29,097 nucleotides of DNA from an uncultured virus (IMG/VR IMGVR_UViG_3300020048_000028) (lineage: Duplodnaviria; Heunggongvirae; Uroviricota; Caudoviricetes), in the IMG/VR virus record IMGVR_UViG_3300020048_000028; one strand, given 5' to 3'. The position numbers and the translations under genes were made by a program. Of this stretch, positions 25,378 through 29,097 are shown piece by piece; position 1 is the first letter of the stretch, and each line of letters begins with the position of its first letter. Below the pieces are notes generated by a model, which saw only the letters and a program-made list of their open reading frames with translations, had not been told where the DNA came from and did not search any database.

Positions 25378-25809
25378 TTATTTTTTGAATAGAACACTTT
25401 TAAATTGGTTATTAAATTCTTCGTTTGACCTCCAAAAGAAAAAGTCATTTTGAATATCCCACCAAAAATCAGAAGTCTTATAATTTTTGTTGCCTTTCAA
25501 ATAAGCATCTAAATCGCAATATTCTTTTAATTTCAATTCTCTATCGGCAAGTTGAGCTAATATTTTAGGCAATTCTTCCTTATCCGATTCTTTACATAAA
25601 ATGATAATTGGCTTATCCTCAAAATTTTCAAAGGTAAACTCAAATTGAATATACTCTTTTTCGTTTTCTCTTGTTCTTTTCAATGCTTTAGGCAATGCAC
25701 CCCACTCATATTCAGAACTTCCCATATAGTCAAAATTGAGTATGCTATCTATTCCTGATTCATTATCACTTTTTTCAAATTTTGCTCTTTGTATTAAGTA
25801 TATTCTCAT
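25378..25809 (-). CDS. Conserved large-phage hypothetical protein
   Basis: YLIQR...FDYMGSSEYEWGALPKAL...WWDI motif. Confidence 0.72.
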   Translation of the reverse strand: MRIYLIQRAKFEKSDNESGIDSILNFDYMGSSEYEWGALPKALKRTRENEKEYIQFEFTFENFEDKPIIILCKESDKEELPKILAQLADRELKLKEYCDLDAYLKGNKNYKTSDFWWDIQNDFFFWRSNEEFNNQFKSVLFKK

Positions 25810-25814
25810 TTTAA

Positions 25815-26060
25815 TTATTTTAATTCTTTGTTTATGTAGTTTTTTATTTGAGCAACAACATTGTCAAAACTATCTCCTTTAAATTTTTGATTACCTTCAG
25901 TATTACCGTTTTTGAATTTAATATTACCGTATGCTGACCATTTATCATGGTCAAAAAGACTTTGAGAATAGTCTACATTTATGCTAATTATGCTTGATTT
26001 TTTAAAAGGGTTATTTGTTATTGACGGCATTTGTTCTTCACCTAATTTTTCTAAGTCCAT
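25815..26060 (-). CDS. Hypothetical protein
   Basis: 81 aa; IKFKNGNTEGNQKF. Confidence 0.7.
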   Translation of the reverse strand: MDLEKLGEEQMPSITNNPFKKSSIISINVDYSQSLFDHDKWSAYGNIKFKNGNTEGNQKFKGDSFDNVVAQIKNYINKELK

Positions 26061-26068
26061 GATTATGA

Positions 26069-26437
26069 TTATTTTTTAGTATTTAAAGATTCATTGAATT
26101 TTCTTTCGATTTCATTGTACTCATGAATTACATTTTCACGAATAGTGCAAGCTGTAATTAAATCAAAACTGCCCCCCATCTCATTCATTTTGTTAAATAC
26201 TCTAAGTATAATATCTGCTGAAGGTATATCTGTGTGTATTCCTGACATAGCTAATGATATGCTTAATTCGTGAGCTTTAGGGCTATGTTTAATCATGTGT
26301 CCGAACAAAGTTCTTGGTGCTTTTTTAGGTTCGGATTTTGCAGAGGCTTTTTTAGGTTCGGATTTTGCAGAGGCTTTTTTAACTGCTTTTTTTGGTTTCT
26401 TACGAACGTAACCTTTATTTCTTGGATAGGCTTTCAT
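26069..26437 (-). CDS. Protein with Lys/Ala/Pro-rich N-terminal tail
   Basis: KKPKKAVKKASAKSEPKKASAKSEPKKAP; perfect 27-nt tandem repeat at about 26319-26380. Confidence 0.72.
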   Translation of the reverse strand: MKAYPRNKGYVRKKPKKAVKKASAKSEPKKASAKSEPKKAPRTLFGHMIKHSPKAHELSISLAMSGIHTDIPSADIILRVFNKMNEMGGSFDLITACTIRENVIHEYNEIERKFNESLNTKK

Positions 26438-26466
26438 TTGATTTAGTTTTTAGTTTATATTTCGTT

Positions 26467-26814
26467 TTATCGGGTTGGTGCGTTATATTTTACTCTTAGT
26501 TCGTATAGCAATTCTGAAAGCGTTTGATTTTGAGCAAGTGATATGAATGGTATTGTTTGTAGTAATTTAATTAAATCGTTTTTTACTTCTTCCTGTTTAT
26601 TAATTTTATCTTTTAAGTTTTTGATTTGCCTTTCTTTATAAACAAGTTGCATATTCTCATAACTTTCTATGCTTGTTAAATGCCAATTAAAACACTTTTC
26701 ACATAAATAAGCTCTAATTGGCTTTAATTTTCTGTCGCTTGTTTTATTTAGCTTTTCAATATAAGCGTTAGCGTTTTTTTCATCCGCAAAATATACTTTG
26801 GTGCAACCTTTCAT
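26467..26814 (-). CDS. Phage Zn-binding hypothetical protein
   Basis: CTKVYF...PIRAYLCEKCFNWHLTS followed by a coiled coil. Confidence 0.72.
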   Translation of the reverse strand: MKGCTKVYFADEKNANAYIEKLNKTSDRKLKPIRAYLCEKCFNWHLTSIESYENMQLVYKERQIKNLKDKINKQEEVKNDLIKLLQTIPFISLAQNQTLSELLYELRVKYNAPTR

Positions 26815-26816
26815 GC

Positions 26817-26993
26817 TTATTTGTTTTTACTCAGTTTTTCAACTCTCTTATGTATTTTTGTTAATTCTCTGCAAATTTGATTTCTTAAATCATTCTGCTC
26901 ATCATTAAGGTAAAAACAAGCTATTTCATTTATTGCTGCAAGGCTTGTGATTATCTCAATCATTAGCTTTTCTTTGTTTTGCTCTTTTGCCAT
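26817..26993 (-). CDS. Hypothetical protein
   Basis: Start MAKEQ at 26993 preferred (track start 27032). Confidence 0.6.
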   Translation of the reverse strand: MAKEQNKEKLMIEIITSLAAINEIACFYLNDEQNDLRNQICRELTKIHKRVEKLSKNK

Positions 26994-27258
26994 AATTTTC
27001 TGTTTTTTTAATGTTTTCAATTTCCATTTCAATTAAATCTATACCTATAAGTAAATTATTAATGTGCTTTACCTGAGTTTCATTTAGGTATTCTGCATTT
27101 ATATTAGTTTTTGCAGGAGTGTATCGACCATTCTTTTTAATATAAGGTCTAAGTCCATTAAGTTTGTTTATGTGATATTTTGCAGATAATATTCCTTCTG
27201 ATTTAGATATATCCTTAATTGATACCAATGCGGTGTTTTTAGATAATAATTTTGACAT
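26956..27258 (-). CDS. Hypothetical protein
   Basis: 100 aa. Confidence 0.65.
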   Translation of the reverse strand: MSKLLSKNTALVSIKDISKSEGILSAKYHINKLNGLRPYIKKNGRYTPAKTNINAEYLNETQVKHINNLLIGIDLIEMEIENIKKTENYGKRAKQRKAND

Positions 27259-27260
27259 GG

Positions 27261-27491
27261 TTATTTTTTTTTAAATTGTTGTACGGAAAAAACATACTCT
27301 AATTGATAATATAGATAATCTGCTGATATTCCCTTAGACTCCAATAGAGCCTTTCTTTCAGGAACATTTAAAAAGCTTTTAGCACCTTTGAGGTCTTTTT
27401 TTTCAAAATAATTAGCAATAGCTTTTATTTCTGTATCAGTTAATAGTTTATCAAGCTGAATTGTTGTTGTTTTTTTATTTTCTTTTTCCAT
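27261..27491 (-). CDS. Hypothetical protein
   Basis: Start MEKENK at 27491 avoids overlap with the upstream gene. Confidence 0.65.
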   Translation of the reverse strand: MEKENKKTTTIQLDKLLTDTEIKAIANYFEKKDLKGAKSFLNVPERKALLESKGISADYLYYQLEYVFSVQQFKKK

Positions 27492-27495
27492 AATA

Positions 27496-27873
27496 TTATT
27501 TTTTGTAATCGTTGCAGGAATAAATATCAGATATGTTTTGTTTTTTTTCTTTTTCTCTTGTTTCAAAACTTTCCCAAACAAAATATTTTTTTTTCACTTT
27601 GGTATTATAATGTAGCTCTATAAAAGATATTAATTTATTTTCCATTTTTTTATCATATTTATTATATTGATTTTCCATTTCAGTAGGCTTTAATATGAAG
27701 TCTTGCACATCTTTAGGAAGAAGAAATATTGGCAAATCATGTTTTGGCAAGTTAAAAGAAAATTCATCTAAGCACATTCCTGCAAATTCTTGCCAAACTC
27801 TTAGTTCCTTTTCAAAATCTTCAGGTAACGGTATTATTTTTTCAATTTTATTGAAAGTTATTTTAATATTCAT
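27496..27873 (-). CDS. Hypothetical protein
   Basis: 125 aa. Confidence 0.65.
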   Translation of the reverse strand: MNIKITFNKIEKIIPLPEDFEKELRVWQEFAGMCLDEFSFNLPKHDLPIFLLPKDVQDFILKPTEMENQYNKYDKKMENKLISFIELHYNTKVKKKYFVWESFETREKEKKQNISDIYSCNDYKK

Positions 27874-27887
27874 ATATATGTTTATTA

Positions 27888-28310
27888 TTAAGCTGAAAGT
27901 AATCTTCTACCATCTTTGAAAAGTTGTTCTACTTCCCATGCAGTATATTCTTTACTGTATTGTATAAAGAAATTAACTTTAAATTCATCGGTTAAGGAGT
28001 TTTTAATAACGCCAAACCTATCTTGATATTCGTCAATTTCGTTTTCTAATCTACAAATATCATCTTCTAAATCATCTATCTTATCTTCTAATTCCTCTAC
28101 CTCATCTTCATCCGAAAATTCTATTCCGAATTTGTTGCAAATTTCTTCGTATGTTTTAGAGTAAGCGTATTGAAAAGATTTTTTATCTTTTATTTCAGCT
28201 ATTTTCTCTATTACCCCTGAGCAAGAGTTGAACTCTTTAGCGAGTAACACTAATTGATGCCTTAGAACATCATAATTAACTTTTTCAGTTAAATTTTTTT
28301 CTTTTTCCAT
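27888..28310 (-). CDS. Acidic coiled-coil hypothetical protein
   Basis: EVEELEDKIDDLEDDICRLENEIDEY; first gene after promoter P3. Confidence 0.72.
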   Translation of the reverse strand: MEKEKNLTEKVNYDVLRHQLVLLAKEFNSCSGVIEKIAEIKDKKSFQYAYSKTYEEICNKFGIEFSDEDEVEELEDKIDDLEDDICRLENEIDEYQDRFGVIKNSLTDEFKVNFFIQYSKEYTAWEVEQLFKDGRRLLSA

Positions 28311-28395
28311 TGACCGTAGAATTATAATTATAATACAAAATTAGTAATAAATGTTTAATCTGCAATACCTATGCAAATAAAGTTATTAACAATTT
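28310..28395 (-). promoter_or_regulatory. Early-type promoter P3 (near-copy of P1)
   Basis: TAATTTTG at 28343-28336, TGTTAATAA box at about 28391-28383, TACGGTCAA at 28318-28310 overlapping the A of the ATG. Confidence 0.75.
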
Positions 28396-28639
28396 AGCTT
28401 ACCCCCTCGTATTCATCTCTTTCTTTAATAGCATCAAAATATCTAACAGGCAATTTAGGGTATTCTATTGAGGAGGTTATGCACTCCCAATCATATAGGT
28501 AATTGGCGTGTTCTTTATCGCCAATCATTATTCCATTTTTGTAGACTTCGTTACAATGGTGGCAATCGCAAGTAACTTTTGAACGATAGACAATATTGCC
28601 TATTCGTTTCGTAAACCATTCTTTTCTTTCTATGCTCAT
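28394..28639 (-). CDS. Hypothetical protein with CxCxxC
   Basis: CDCHHC; ATG at 28639 is TAATG-coupled to the upstream stop. Confidence 0.65.
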   Translation of the reverse strand: MSIERKEWFTKRIGNIVYRSKVTCDCHHCNEVYKNGIMIGDKEHANYLYDWECITSSIEYPKLPVRYFDAIKERDEYEGVS

Positions 28640-28980
28640 TAGCAATTTTCGTAAATTATTTCTAAACCATACTGCAAGGCAATTTCGTGTTCAATTTTAC
28701 ATCCTCTTGCATTTTCCCACCCTTTTGCAAAATATGCCTTATGACAAAGGCTCATATTTGCAACTGATTTTGATAGAAAACATAAAGGTATTTGAACCAC
28801 GCCTCTTGATGTCATAGCATCTTTTGAATACCACTCATCTTGAAAGTAAGTATTAACTACTTCCAATTTTTCTTTTTCGGCAAAATGTAAAAATCTGTTT
28901 CTTGTTTCTACAATTTGTTCTTCCGTAAAGCCGTTCATCGGCTGACTAATCATTACTTTTTTAGTTTGTGAGTTTTCCAT
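28639..28980 (-). CDS. DUF4406 / nucleoside deoxyribosyltransferase-like fold protein
   Basis: KVMISQPMNG...AYFAKGWENARGCKIEHEIALQYGL. Confidence 0.75.
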   Translation of the reverse strand: MENSQTKKVMISQPMNGFTEEQIVETRNRFLHFAEKEKLEVVNTYFQDEWYSKDAMTSRGVVQIPLCFLSKSVANMSLCHKAYFAKGWENARGCKIEHEIALQYGLEIIYENC

Positions 28981-29097
28981 TTTTTATTTGTTTTTATTGT
29001 TATAAAATTTCAAGTTATAAAATTTCAAATGTTTTTAAAATCATAAATAAAATTATTATTAGTAATATCCACTTTAACCATTTCCAATTAGAAGTAA

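Noticed and set aside
3529..28817. Plus-strand ORFs within the minus-strand region (e.g. 3529, 4083, 7201, 8972, 10155, 11904, 17890, 27695, 28596) and nested minus-strand ORF 9444..9629
   Set aside because: They overlap well-supported genes and have shadow-like composition with no recognisable motifs.
1..29097. Stop-codon reassignment, as in some Bacteroidota phages
   Set aside because: Standard-code ORFs tile the window densely, and TAG and TGA end genes at sensible boundaries.

Overview
AT-rich, gene-dense segment that reads as a large dsDNA phage or prophage of a Bacteroidota (Flavobacteriia-like) host. Host inference rests on four TAnnTTTG promoter motifs and a Bacteroidetes-type nucleoid-associated protein. 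Bases 1-2913 (+) hold a TAATG-coupled tandem array of at least four paralogous proteins. Each has constant end domains around a variable number of 20-aa LRR-like solenoid repeats with hypervariable positions, and the genes show mosaic exchange. This array is the most unusual system in the window. Bases 2916-28980 (-) are a co-oriented early/replication region: replication initiator and loader-like pair, VRR-NUC nuclease, recombinase-like protein, PD-(D/E)XK nuclease, EcoRI-family adenine methyltransferase, HNH, NdpA/YejK-like protein, DUF932-like protein, two XRE regulators, a sigma-region-4/RNAP alpha-CTD fusion and many small hypotheticals. An IS607-family element (serine recombinase TnpA plus TnpB with a rearranged RuvC site) splits the VRR-NUC gene; removing it restores an in-frame 144-aa protein. 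Three phage promoters each carry a downstream TACGGTCAA box, and GATC appears to be avoided. All family assignments are by motif recognition, not database search.
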